Shown: positions 10,115 to 19,637 of the stretch, piece after piece
How positions within the stretch are numbered: position 1 is the first letter of the stretch
How the letters are laid out: every line of letters starts with the position of its first letter
DNA from: a virus
Virus record (IMG/VR): IMGVR_UViG_3300042945_003044
Length of the DNA: 64,000 nt
Reading direction: 5' to 3' (one strand)
The notes under the pieces: model-generated
The model's input: only the letters and a program-made list of their open reading frames with translations
The model's database searches: none
What the model was told of the DNA's origin: nothing
Position numbers and translations under genes: made by a program

Positions 10115-11784
10115 GGATTATTTGCGCCTACTATAAAGTCTTCATTTATTGGTGAGTTCTGTGCTCTTGCTCGCTCAGCCATATTGTGGTTATTTATTTT
10201 GTTTTGTATAGCGGCCAGTGCATTTGTAATAGAGTATTTCTCAAGCGTAATGCCTTGCTGAGTAAAGCCATAATCAGCATAGAATAACATATCTAGGGTG
10301 TTCATATTACATAAAAACTTTAAGTCTTTTAGATATTTAGAGCACACCAGAGTTAAAGTATTTAAGTTATGAGACTTATCAATATTTTGCTCCATAATAT
10401 TCTGAGGTATTGGCTCTAAATACAGTGGTGGACTATCCCATTGTTTTTTGGCACAATTATCTGGATTTAGTGAACTAAGATAGTGTTCCCATTTTTTGTA
10501 TATATCATCCCAATCGAAATGTTTTTCTACTAACTCCCTAGTTCTCCTCCTAATTTGTATCATCTCGTTGTCTGTATAGTTCAAATACTTATGAATAATC
10601 TGTAGCAGCTGCGCGTTGTCTGGATATACCCTAAAGGCTTTAGTCTCCAACTCTTTAAATTTTTTACGCACTCTAATCGGGTCTGCTTCAAGCTTCTTGA
10701 CAATATCCTTCATAGCACTATAGTCAACAGTAGCAATCGGCGTACCGCATGCGGCCCCTTCTACTTGAGGCATTCCAAAACCTTCGCAAATAGCATATTG
10801 TATATACAAATCAAAAAGATTATAAATTTCTGAAAGTTTCGCGCTAGTTGGTGCGTCTGTAACTGATGGCATAGACATAGAACGACTGGAGCATTTTGGA
10901 CATTTAATAGTTGCCCCAGAAAATACAGAAGCCTTGACATGATGACATTGTTTACAGAAGTATGAGAATAATATCTTGGAAAAAATATTATTTTCTTTTA
11001 GCAGCGAGGGGATGTCCCACCCGGCATCAGGATAACTGGTATGTAGCCATAAAAAACACTTATCTTTTTTTGCGTGATTACTTATATTAAGTTCGTTAAT
11101 CAGTTTTTTAAACGATACTATTAGTTCCGGAATAAGTTTGCGCTTTTGATTACGCATGACTGATCCAATTAAAAACGTATCAGATAAACCGTACTCTGTT
11201 TTAAGCTGCTGTCTTTTAGTATCGTCAAAACTTTGAAATAGATTTATATCTACTCCAGGAGACACGGTATTTATATAATTGATATGATTGTTGCTTTGAT
11301 AGGCGAGTACTTTGGCGCCCCAATCGGAATAGGTGAATACGGCATCAGCAGAAGCGTATGTTTCGATCCATGGCTCTTGCTGAGGATAAGAATCAACAGT
11401 TGGCATTACGACCCAATGGTAAAAATCCCTTAAAGGACTAATAGACTGATAATAATTCATCCAATAGTCACGTACATCTATCACCACATTTGGACGAAAA
11501 TCCAGAAGCACCTTTTCAAATCGCCACCTGCCGAATTGGTTTTCCGTTGTCTTATTGTACTCTGTGTATCTAGGATCATTTGAACTAACGGCGTTTGCAT
11601 AGTATTTCCATTTTATACTACCTCTTCTTGGATCATCCGTTAGTCCATAAGAAGCAAATTCTGCAATCTCAAATTTATTTGAGTCATACAGTCTTTGCAG
11701 TAGTTCTTTGGTATAGTTTGCAAACCCGGTATTTAAAAAACTCGCTTCTGAACAAACTAGGATTTTGAGTTTTGTATTAGTCAT
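10111..11784 (-). CDS. GT4 family glycosyltransferase with zinc-ribbon insertion
   Basis: TGF N-terminal motif, RNQKRK, YNLFDLY...EGFGMPQVEGAACG; CKQC...CPKC insert. Confidence 0.85.
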   Translation of the reverse strand: MTNTKLKILVCSEASFLNTGFANYTKELLQRLYDSNKFEIAEFASYGLTDDPRRGSIKWKYYANAVSSNDPRYTEYNKTTENQFGRWRFEKVLLDFRPNVVIDVRDYWMNYYQSISPLRDFYHWVVMPTVDSYPQQEPWIETYASADAVFTYSDWGAKVLAYQSNNHINYINTVSPGVDINLFQSFDDTKRQQLKTEYGLSDTFLIGSVMRNQKRKLIPELIVSFKKLINELNISNHAKKDKCFLWLHTSYPDAGWDIPSLLKENNIFSKILFSYFCKQCHHVKASVFSGATIKCPKCSSRSMSMPSVTDAPTSAKLSEIYNLFDLYIQYAICEGFGMPQVEGAACGTPIATVDYSAMKDIVKKLEADPIRVRKKFKELETKAFRVYPDNAQLLQIIHKYLNYTDNEMIQIRRRTRELVEKHFDWDDIYKKWEHYLSSLNPDNCAKKQWDSPPLYLEPIPQNIMEQNIDKSHNLNTLTLVCSKYLKDLKFLCNMNTLDMLFYADYGFTQQGITLEKYSITNALAAIQNKINNHNMAERARAQNSPINEDFIVGANNP

Positions 11785-11794
11785 AATAAACTTA

Positions 11795-11812
11795 GAGGGG
11801 CTTTCGCCCCTC
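11795..11812 (-). terminator. GC-rich hairpin with GAAA tetraloop downstream of ssb (weak terminator or processing site)
   Basis: GAGGGGC-GAAA-GCCCCTC followed by an imperfect U tail (TAAGTTTATT). Confidence 0.55.
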
Positions 11813-11847
11813 ATAGTTCTCTAGTTCCGCTAATGATTGTTCTGTCC

Positions 11848-12225
11848 TTAGAAAGCAACAACTTCTTCTGTTGACTGATCCTTTGAAGCGGATCTAGATA
11901 GCTTTGTGATTTTTGAAAAATTATTGACTCTTACCTTCAGAGTGCTATGCTTAACGCCATCCTTTTCCCAAGAATCATTTCTTAGAGATCCTTCGATCAT
12001 TACCAGATCACCCTTCTTGAAAGAAGTTCCGATAATCTCTGCGCCAGAGTCCCAAGCTTCACAATTGATAAAAGAAGTAATCTTGTCCTTTGTGCCGTTT
12101 GCCTTTGTGTATTCGCGTGATACCGCAACGGTAAAATTAACGACAGAAGTTTGCTTGTCGCCCGAACCAACCATGCGCACCTCTGGATCACGAGCTAGAT
12201 TACCCTTAAGAATCGTAATATTCAT
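11848..12225 (-). CDS. ssb: Single-stranded DNA-binding protein
   Basis: GNLARDPEVR, FINCEAW, KKGDLVMIEGSL, acidic tail EEVVAF. Confidence 0.95.
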   Translation of the reverse strand: MNITILKGNLARDPEVRMVGSGDKQTSVVNFTVAVSREYTKANGTKDKITSFINCEAWDSGAEIIGTSFKKGDLVMIEGSLRNDSWEKDGVKHSTLKVRVNNFSKITKLSRSASKDQSTEEVVAF

Positions 12226-12278
12226 TTAAGTTCTCCTTGTTTATTTAAACCAATCGTGAGCCAACCGCTCACAACACT

Positions 12279-12306
12279 ATAGTAGGGAAGACCCCGGCGA
12301 TGTCAA
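12279..12306 (-). promoter_or_regulatory. Sigma70-like promoter for ssb
   Basis: TTGACA-16 nt-TACTAT on the minus strand; AAGGAG SD before the ssb start. Confidence 0.55.
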
Positions 12307-13934
12307 GACGACGGCATAAAACATTTCTCTACGATCAAGCCGTCCATCTCTTTGTTTTTAGAGCCTATAAATATTAGTATATTATTAACAAATAGATGGT
12401 GTTTGTATTCTAGATATTTTTCTGGAAAAAATATAATAGAGTCTATGGAGCCATATTGATCCGATATGCTTATAAAAGCCATTTCTTGTCCTGGGTTCTT
12501 ACCTTTTTTTGTTTTGACTATATGGATATTATCTATTTCTCCAGCAATGATAATATTTTTGGTTAAGCCTTTATTATTATGGAAATCCTTACAGTCTGTA
12601 TTAGTCATAGCCATATCATATGAATCTAGTTTGGAACAGCTTATAGCCGTGCCTAGTAGTGTTTCTTCGGTGTCAGATAACCATTCTATTTTATCTATCA
12701 AAGAATATGGAGGATGGTCTAAAGTTTCCAGAATATTATTAATTACTTCTTTTCTTTTTTGTGTGAGTTTAGGCTTTTGTAGTAGTTGCAGGACGGACTT
12801 ATTCAGAGACAAATTTTTCGACCCATCGACTGAGCTTATCAAAAAATCGATCTCTTTTTGTGTAAGTCTTGAGATAAGTTCATATTGTAAAATCATCTCT
12901 GTTCTGTTGATCTTAAGATAATCAAAAGCCCCTGATGATATCATATTTTTAGCTGCCAAAGAATTGATATTAGGGAGTACCTGTAATAGGATATATGCCC
13001 AGGACATAGACCCTAGATCTTTTCCGTGACATAGGGCGGTAATCTTTTCATATACCGAATCTCCAAGGCCCTTTATATTTGTTAAACCAAAATAGATAAC
13101 TTTATTCTTGAGATAGAATAGTTTAGACATATCTCTAAAGTCCGGTACTCTAATATCTATATTCATTTGATTGGCATTTTTTACCAATTCTTTGATTTCT
13201 TGTTTCGGATCAACTTTGTCTTTTGCATATCTGAGATAAGAAGCAAAAAATATTCTAGGAAAATGAGCCTTGGCAAAAGCCGATAAGTAAGCATTTATAG
13301 CGTAACTAACGCTATGAGACTTATTAAAAGAGTATCTTTGGCTTTTTTCGATCCATCCGAAAATTTCTTCGGCTTCTGATTCTGTCACTATTTTTTTAGT
13401 CTTACATCCTTCTATGAACTTGGTTTTCAGTTTAGCCATTTCCTCTGGCTTTTTCTTTCCAATGGCTTTTCTGAGAACGTCAGCTTCCTGCAAATCGAAC
13501 CCAGCTATCTCTTGAGATATTTGCATCGCCTGTTCTTGATATATCATCTCCCCATAGGTTTCTTTGAGTATATGCTCTAAACTAGGATGAAAATAATCTA
13601 TAGATTCTGATCCATTTTTCTTGTCTATATAGTGATTACTAACGCTCTTGCCATCTCTTAAGGCTTCCAGACAACCAGGGCGCAATATCGCTATCAAAGC
13701 AGATAGCTGTTCAATATTATTGGGTTTCAATTTTTTTGCCATAGATTGGCCAAGCCTAGACTCTAACTGAAAGCATCCTTTTGTATTGCCAGAGCCTATT
13801 AATTCCCAAGTTCTATTACAAGCAAGATCTATGTTATCAATATATGGAGAAAAATTAATACGAGGTATTGACTCCCCATCGTGTTTATCCAATGGAAATT
13901 TACATCCACAATCAAACGTATAGTATTCTGACAT
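12303..13934 (-). CDS. dnaE: DNA polymerase III alpha, C-terminal part (fingers, HhH, OB)
   Basis: GCFQLES, LRPG, YQEQAMQI, ADVLRKAIGKK, YSFNKSHSVSYA, IKGLG, MAF OB fold. Confidence 0.93.
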   Translation of the reverse strand: MSEYYTFDCGCKFPLDKHDGESIPRINFSPYIDNIDLACNRTWELIGSGNTKGCFQLESRLGQSMAKKLKPNNIEQLSALIAILRPGCLEALRDGKSVSNHYIDKKNGSESIDYFHPSLEHILKETYGEMIYQEQAMQISQEIAGFDLQEADVLRKAIGKKKPEEMAKLKTKFIEGCKTKKIVTESEAEEIFGWIEKSQRYSFNKSHSVSYAINAYLSAFAKAHFPRIFFASYLRYAKDKVDPKQEIKELVKNANQMNIDIRVPDFRDMSKLFYLKNKVIYFGLTNIKGLGDSVYEKITALCHGKDLGSMSWAYILLQVLPNINSLAAKNMISSGAFDYLKINRTEMILQYELISRLTQKEIDFLISSVDGSKNLSLNKSVLQLLQKPKLTQKRKEVINNILETLDHPPYSLIDKIEWLSDTEETLLGTAISCSKLDSYDMAMTNTDCKDFHNNKGLTKNIIIAGEIDNIHIVKTKKGKNPGQEMAFISISDQYGSIDSIIFFPEKYLEYKHHLFVNNILIFIGSKNKEMDGLIVEKCFMPSS

Positions 13935-13956
13935 ATAACCTATTTATGATTAGTCC

Positions 13957-14655
13957 TTACTCGGAGATCGCAAAAGAGTCTCTGAATTTGATTTTCCTAG
14001 CAAGATTTCTATGTAGCTTCAAAAACCTTAAAAGCAGTTCTGCTGTATCCATAACGTCTTTTAGAGCATCGTGGGCGCCTTCTTTTGGGATTCCAAAATA
14101 ATCTCTTACAGAATCTAGGGTATAGTTTTTAAGATCTCCATTATTTTCAAACCATAAAAACATCATATGCATCAAGTCTATAGTATCTCTAGGATAGAAT
14201 AGGCTTGTGGTTCCTTCCTTGGTTACATTCTTATACTTTTTACTTAATCTATCTACGATCTTTAAATCGAATCTATGTATATTATATCCACATGCAATTG
14301 GAGCGCTGAAAAAAGATTTTCTTTCAGATCTGCTGTGATACATATCTAGATAGGACACAAACATTTGCCACCCAGATTCTTGCTTTTGATAAGCATGCCA
14401 TTCTTTTAAGATTTGCTCCTTAGAAGAACTCTTAACCTTAGCATGAAAATCTAAAACATCAGAATCCGCATAGGAATACGTCGGGTTCTCTTCTATTGCT
14501 TCTGGCTTTAATGTACAATTAAATTGAGAGTCTTTAATAATCTCTAACTTAATCGGATCTATCATTACGGCTGCAATCTGAACAGGGCTGCATCGCGATG
14601 GATCAGCCCCGTCAGTTTCCATATCAAACACGCATAATTTTTGAAAATTAACCAT
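13957..14655 (-). CDS. DEDDh 3'-5' exonuclease (DnaQ/epsilon-like)
   Basis: FDMETDG (ExoI), GYNIHRFD (ExoII), HDALKD (ExoIII). Confidence 0.9.
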   Translation of the reverse strand: MVNFQKLCVFDMETDGADPSRCSPVQIAAVMIDPIKLEIIKDSQFNCTLKPEAIEENPTYSYADSDVLDFHAKVKSSSKEQILKEWHAYQKQESGWQMFVSYLDMYHSRSERKSFFSAPIACGYNIHRFDLKIVDRLSKKYKNVTKEGTTSLFYPRDTIDLMHMMFLWFENNGDLKNYTLDSVRDYFGIPKEGAHDALKDVMDTAELLLRFLKLHRNLARKIKFRDSFAISE

Positions 14656-14827
14656 TTAACTCTTCTACAGTGGTATTAGGTGGTACAAACTGATTTGACC
14701 CATCGGCCAAATTGACGCAGTTTACCACTCGACAGCAACTTACTCTAACGTCCTCAATTCTCCTATATTCTGTACCATTGACAGAAAATTTGACACCAAC
14801 AGCAACCTCAGACAATAGCTTGGGCAT
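14648..14827 (-). CDS. Small beta-rich (SH3/KOW-like) hypothetical protein
   Basis: GGAGG SD before ATG 14827; similar pattern to 50492-50725. Confidence 0.55.
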   Translation of the reverse strand: MPKLLSEVAVGVKFSVNGTEYRRIEDVRVSCCRVVNCVNLADGSNQFVPPNTTVEELNG

Positions 14828-14828
14828 A

Positions 14829-16697
14829 TCAACCTCCATTTTTAAGAATTTGAGAGACTTCCATCATTTTATCTAACATCGCAACACCCAAAATATCAAA
14901 TTTAATTATTCCCAAATATTCCAAGTCTTGCATCTCCATGCCAGCTATAGTCTGATCTGCTTTAGAATCATAAACCATAGGACACACAGAGTCAAGTGGT
15001 TCGCTGCTTATTACTACACCGGCAGCATGTTTAGACTGATTAGATTTAGTACCCTCCAGTCTTATAGCCTGCTCAAAACGCTTTGCTAAAGGACCCTCAA
15101 GCTCTCCGTGTTCGTTTAAGTAACACCATTCTTTCAGTTTGTCTCCATTGTTCTCTAAAGCCCATCTTATGATAGAAGATTCCCCCGTATCGTCTTTCAT
15201 TTCTTGCAATTCATCCGCTATCTTAGCTTCGTCTGGGATATTCTTTGTGATTCTATTCATTTCTTCAAAAGATATATTACCATAGACACGTAAAACTTCT
15301 TTTAAGGCTCCTCTGCCTTTCATAGTATTAAAAGTAATCATTTGAGAGACTTTGTTATAACCGTATTTGTTTTTTATATAATCTACAACTTCTTCTCTCT
15401 TATTGATTGGAACGTCAACGTCTATATCTGGCATGGACACACGATCCGCGGTATTTCTGCCTGCGTTGTAAAAACGCTCGAAAATTAAATTATACCTGAT
15501 AGGGTCTATAGATGTTATGCCAATTAAATAAGACACCAAGCAGCCAGCGGCAGAGCCTCTACCTGGGCCTGGGAGCCATCCATTCTCAGACACATACTGC
15601 ACAATATCTTGAACTATCAAAAAGTAACTAGATAAACCGGCCTTTTGTAGAATATCTAATTCATATTTAATGCGGTCAACATAAACTGGATGATCTGATT
15701 CTGGTATATGATTTTTTATTTTTTTTGCCCAGCCATCACGGCATAGTTGTCTGAGATATTCATCGGGGTTTTGATTATTTGGACATTTAAAAGGAGGTAG
15801 TATCGGAGGGCTTGATATGTTATAATCTTCACATAAGGAATCTACATATATTGTATTTTCTATCTCTTCTTCTGTGTGGATCTCGATCATTTCTTTAGGA
15901 GATAAAATATGAAAGTTATCGGATCTAAAAAAACAGGCCATAGAAGTGTCTTCATTATTTAAGAGCTTTTTATTGATTTCTGCTATAGTTGTTTTAAGAT
16001 TGTTGCACAATAAGATCCTTTGATCCACAGCATCTTCTTTGGAACAATAATGAGCGTCTGGCGTACATAATACCTTAGTATTAGTGGTTTTTCCTAACTC
16101 TCTAACATATTCTGTCATAGATATTTGTTCTGGACTATATTGCTGGTCCATGAGTTGGCTTTCCAAGAAAAAGTTATCAACCCCAAACATTTCTTTCATT
16201 TGTGCCACAAAATTAATACCAATATTTTTAGCGTCCTCTGGTTTTGCTTGTTGGGTAATATCGTGTAAATAAGATCCTAGATGACCACAGTAACCTATAA
16301 TATTTCCGTCTAGATATTCAGATAATTCCGCTAGGCTAATTCTAGGTTTGTGATAAAATCTACTTGGGTGATTACAAGCGGATACTATTTTAATCAAGGT
16401 TTGCCATCCCTTATAGTTTTTTGCCAACAATAAAAAATGCGTTAAGTCTCTATTTTCTTTTGTTTTTATAGTAGAATTTTGATGGCACAAATATATTTCG
16501 CAGCCAAGGATAGGCTTGATCTTATTTGTTTTCATCGTATTATGAAACTGAACAGCGCCGGCTATGGTACCATGATCCGTTATTGCGCAGCTCTTAACTC
16601 CTATATCCAAACACCTAGCGGCTATTTGACTGGGTTTGCTCAAGCCATCAAGTAGAGAGTAGTGGGAGTGTACGTGTAAAGGAACATAATTTTTCAT
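14829..16697 (-). CDS. dnaE: DNA polymerase III alpha, N-terminal part (PHP, palm/thumb)
   Basis: HVHSHYSLLDG, AITDHG, DAHY, GPGRGSAAG, SMPDIDVD, HAAG, KFDILG. Confidence 0.95.
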   Translation of the reverse strand: MKNYVPLHVHSHYSLLDGLSKPSQIAARCLDIGVKSCAITDHGTIAGAVQFHNTMKTNKIKPILGCEIYLCHQNSTIKTKENRDLTHFLLLAKNYKGWQTLIKIVSACNHPSRFYHKPRISLAELSEYLDGNIIGYCGHLGSYLHDITQQAKPEDAKNIGINFVAQMKEMFGVDNFFLESQLMDQQYSPEQISMTEYVRELGKTTNTKVLCTPDAHYCSKEDAVDQRILLCNNLKTTIAEINKKLLNNEDTSMACFFRSDNFHILSPKEMIEIHTEEEIENTIYVDSLCEDYNISSPPILPPFKCPNNQNPDEYLRQLCRDGWAKKIKNHIPESDHPVYVDRIKYELDILQKAGLSSYFLIVQDIVQYVSENGWLPGPGRGSAAGCLVSYLIGITSIDPIRYNLIFERFYNAGRNTADRVSMPDIDVDVPINKREEVVDYIKNKYGYNKVSQMITFNTMKGRGALKEVLRVYGNISFEEMNRITKNIPDEAKIADELQEMKDDTGESSIIRWALENNGDKLKEWCYLNEHGELEGPLAKRFEQAIRLEGTKSNQSKHAAGVVISSEPLDSVCPMVYDSKADQTIAGMEMQDLEYLGIIKFDILGVAMLDKMMEVSQILKNGG

Positions 16698-17776
16698 GTA
16701 GATCCTGGCGCCTTATATGATCCAAAGGTATGATTGGGACTCTTATACAGATTAACAACCGTATCGATATTATATAATTCTATATCGTGTTTAACTTGTT
16801 CACATTTAGTCATGAATGACCCGTTTTGACAAGTCTGACCGTCTCTGTATTCAATTATAGGGTCGATGCCGGTATTTTCAAATGTTGTTTTTCCGAAATG
16901 ACACAACTTACTACACATCCAGCTCTTGTTTAATCTAGGCTTTTTTGTTTTCTTTATATACTCAAATTTTTGCCTAAGCATATCTTCTGTTTCTTTTAAG
17001 TGAGATTTTTCAAAACAAACAGAAAAAGGACCCCCGTCATTGATAAAATAAATAGAAAACATGATATGCTCTATTTCAGGATATAAATGACTGATAGCAT
17101 AATGATATATTCTTAATTGTGGGTCTTTTTCTAGTTTTTCTTGAGTCTTTTCTTGTCCTGTTGCCCAGTCCAGCCTTCGTCCAGTTTTCCAGTCTACGAT
17201 CTCTATGGTTTTATCGTTGACTTTTGTTATTAAGTCGATGGTGCCTTTTAGGGCCAGATTGCCTTCTAACTTTGATCCGTCCGGCAAATCGTATGAGTAT
17301 TTAGCCCACGATTTTTTAATTTCAAAATCAAAATGTTGCTCTGGACACAATATTTGTCTATTGCGTGGATCAAACATACCGTCATTAAATTCGATAGCTT
17401 TATATACCCAAGCATGACAGTCTTTATAGTCTTTTATAGACCACTTATGATGAGTACTTATTTCGGAATAGTGCTTATATACCTTTTCTATTATGGTGTT
17501 AAGGCTATAGTCATCAACATTAACTTTCCCTACGATATCATCCGTAAAAAATGCAATATTGTCCTGTTGAGACTGTTTAATAAACGCCAAGATTTCTAGA
17601 ACCTTATGTACAATAGTTCCTTTATCTGCCTTTTGTCCGGATGGTCCTCTCCAACCCAATACATATTCCATAAAGAACTGCTGCTCGCACATACTATGGG
17701 TATTATATGAACTGCTTCTAAAATACGTTATTATAATGATAGCACCTCTTTTAAAGCGTTTTGTATCTCCATGCAT
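16694..17776 (-). CDS. PD-(D/E)XK nuclease, RecB/AddB/Cas4-like, with probable Fe-S cysteines
   Basis: GTIVHKVLE, KGTIDL, IVDWKTG, QLRIY; N-terminal Cys plus C-terminal CSKLC...C; start uncertain. Confidence 0.85.
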   Translation of the reverse strand: MHGDTKRFKRGAIIIITYFRSSSYNTHSMCEQQFFMEYVLGWRGPSGQKADKGTIVHKVLEILAFIKQSQQDNIAFFTDDIVGKVNVDDYSLNTIIEKVYKHYSEISTHHKWSIKDYKDCHAWVYKAIEFNDGMFDPRNRQILCPEQHFDFEIKKSWAKYSYDLPDGSKLEGNLALKGTIDLITKVNDKTIEIVDWKTGRRLDWATGQEKTQEKLEKDPQLRIYHYAISHLYPEIEHIMFSIYFINDGGPFSVCFEKSHLKETEDMLRQKFEYIKKTKKPRLNKSWMCSKLCHFGKTTFENTGIDPIIEYRDGQTCQNGSFMTKCEQVKHDIELYNIDTVVNLYKSPNHTFGSYKAPGST

Positions 17777-18465
17777 TGTTCATATATAGACATTTGATCA
17801 TTATCTATAACAAAACTAAAATTATTCCAGTCGTACTGATCTTTGTCTAAAATATTTTCACTAATATGATCAGATTCGTATGGACTACGCGTTAATCTAA
17901 TAACGTGTCCACCACTATTTTTAATAATATCTACCTCGTTAGGAAATCTACAATCTGTAATAATTGCTATTTTTGGCGCTTCTCTCTGTATCTTTCTGAT
18001 AGTAGCATCTGCCCAAATATTAGGGCTTAATTTACGAAATATATCTGTGCCAATATACTGCATAACTTCTCTCGCTGTCATTGCAGCCCCGTCTAATTCT
18101 AAGCTGGTAAGACTATTTTTGGCATCTTCATTTCCATAACACTGATCACGACTCAGACCAAGAATATTGATACAAATATCTTTTTTTAAGGTATCAGCAA
18201 AATTATATATTTTGATATAAGGATTGAGCCTTTCTCTAATCTCCATTAGTATATAATCATCAGTATCGTTAACCAGCTGCTCAGCATCATAAATGCCTTT
18301 GTAGCTTCTATTACCCAGTAAGTCCGATACGATAATTTTACCATTATTATCTATTTTAATGTCCCCAGCCAACCCGAGCTTAGACATACATAATGATACA
18401 ATAAAATTACCGGATGTTGTTTTTCCAGACTGTTTTTTACCAGAAAATCCTAGAATCAGTGTCAC
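17731..18465 (-). CDS. Deoxynucleoside monophosphate kinase
   Basis: GFSGKKQSGKTT, FADTLK, REVMQYIGTD, ITDCRFPNE. Confidence 0.88.
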   Translation of the reverse strand: MTLILGFSGKKQSGKTTSGNFIVSLCMSKLGLAGDIKIDNNGKIIVSDLLGNRSYKGIYDAEQLVNDTDDYILMEIRERLNPYIKIYNFADTLKKDICINILGLSRDQCYGNEDAKNSLTSLELDGAAMTAREVMQYIGTDIFRKLSPNIWADATIRKIQREAPKIAIITDCRFPNEVDIIKNSGGHVIRLTRSPYESDHISENILDKDQYDWNNFSFVIDNDQMSIYEQCMEIQNALKEVLSL

Positions 18466-19637
18466 AATATTTCTCCTATCTTTGGCCTAATATATTTATT
18501 AATTTCTTCCACCGTCATATCCCCAACATCTGCATAATTAACAGAATGCTCTTGGCATATATTTTCTAGTCTTATATGATCTATTAAATAGGTTCTTGAA
18601 CACTTATTCGTTATGCTCTCTGCGGCTTTAAGGCCAGCTTCGTCATTGTCCATAATCGTAATAATCTTCATAGCACCAGATATGTCTAATAACATTTTTT
18701 GCTTATCGCTGAGTGAAGAACCGAAAACAGCTACTGCATTATATATGCCCGCTTCTTCTAGCCTCCAGACATTGCCGGGGCTTTCTACTATGATTACTGT
18801 TTTAGTATCAGTTATATGATTTTTAGCATTCCATATATTGTACAAATTTTCTTCACTTCTAAAACCAGAACTATGTCTCCATTTAGATATTGTTTTACTG
18901 GGACATGTAGTTTCTGGACTATGAAAAGATGAACACTTAGAACACTTATCAAATATGCTTCTGCCAGTACAGGCCACCACCCACTTACCAGTTAGATCAT
19001 AGATAGGCACTACTGCTCTCAAATACATCTCTTTATTAGGTTTGAGACATTCTCCGACATCAAATTTTTTCAGAATTTCGCTAGAAAAGCCCCTAGACAA
19101 AAAGTATGGCGAAGGAATATCTAGTGATTTTTTAACCAAATTTTTATCTATTTTAATAATATCTCTATTGATATGTTCTTTTGATAGATACTTTATGGTA
19201 TTGGAGAACTTTTGTTTTTCTATTTCTTTAGAATCTACATTTAGTTGATCAATATTCTTTTCGCCGAGAATATCGTTGATCACTGCTATTGTTTCTTGAA
19301 AAGAAACTGTTGGGTCTCCATCTTTAACCCAATTAAATTTTTTATGGGACAATACCCCACGTATAAAACCTATCACAGATGCCTTAAAAACCTTTTCACA
19401 CTGATGCGTTCTACATTTCCAATTGCCTCTATATGTATCTCCTTCGTGATATAGGTTTAAAGCAGACTCGTTGTCTCCTCCGTGTATAGGGCAGCTCATA
19501 GTCAGCATTCTAGACATAAGCCGATATTCAGAAATATCTAGTCTAGATAAAACTTCTTCTATATTATCACAAATATTATCCGATAATACTTTTAACTGAT
19601 TTTGATTATACGAAGTCGATTTGATCTTTATTTTCAT
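18462..19637 (-). CDS. dnaG: DNA primase (CHC2-like zinc finger plus Toprim)
   Basis: CPIHGGDN...WKCRTHQC, IVESPGN, MDNDEAG; extra CSKC..H...C insert. Confidence 0.88.
   Translation of the reverse strand: MKIKIKSTSYNQNQLKVLSDNICDNIEEVLSRLDISEYRLMSRMLTMSCPIHGGDNESALNLYHEGDTYRGNWKCRTHQCEKVFKASVIGFIRGVLSHKKFNWVKDGDPTVSFQETIAVINDILGEKNIDQLNVDSKEIEKQKFSNTIKYLSKEHINRDIIKIDKNLVKKSLDIPSPYFLSRGFSSEILKKFDVGECLKPNKEMYLRAVVPIYDLTGKWVVACTGRSIFDKCSKCSSFHSPETTCPSKTISKWRHSSGFRSEENLYNIWNAKNHITDTKTVIIVESPGNVWRLEEAGIYNAVAVFGSSLSDKQKMLLDISGAMKIITIMDNDEAGLKAAESITNKCSRTYLIDHIRLENICQEHSVNYADVGDMTVEEINKYIRPKIGEIL

Noticed and set aside
12303-16697. Split intein or group I intron in dnaE
   Set aside because: No intein terminal motifs; the intervening DNA is fully occupied by two ordinary coupled genes
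16694-17776. Cas4 as evidence of a CRISPR-Cas system
   Set aside because: No cas1/cas2 or array; solo RecB/Cas4-like nucleases are common in phage replication modules
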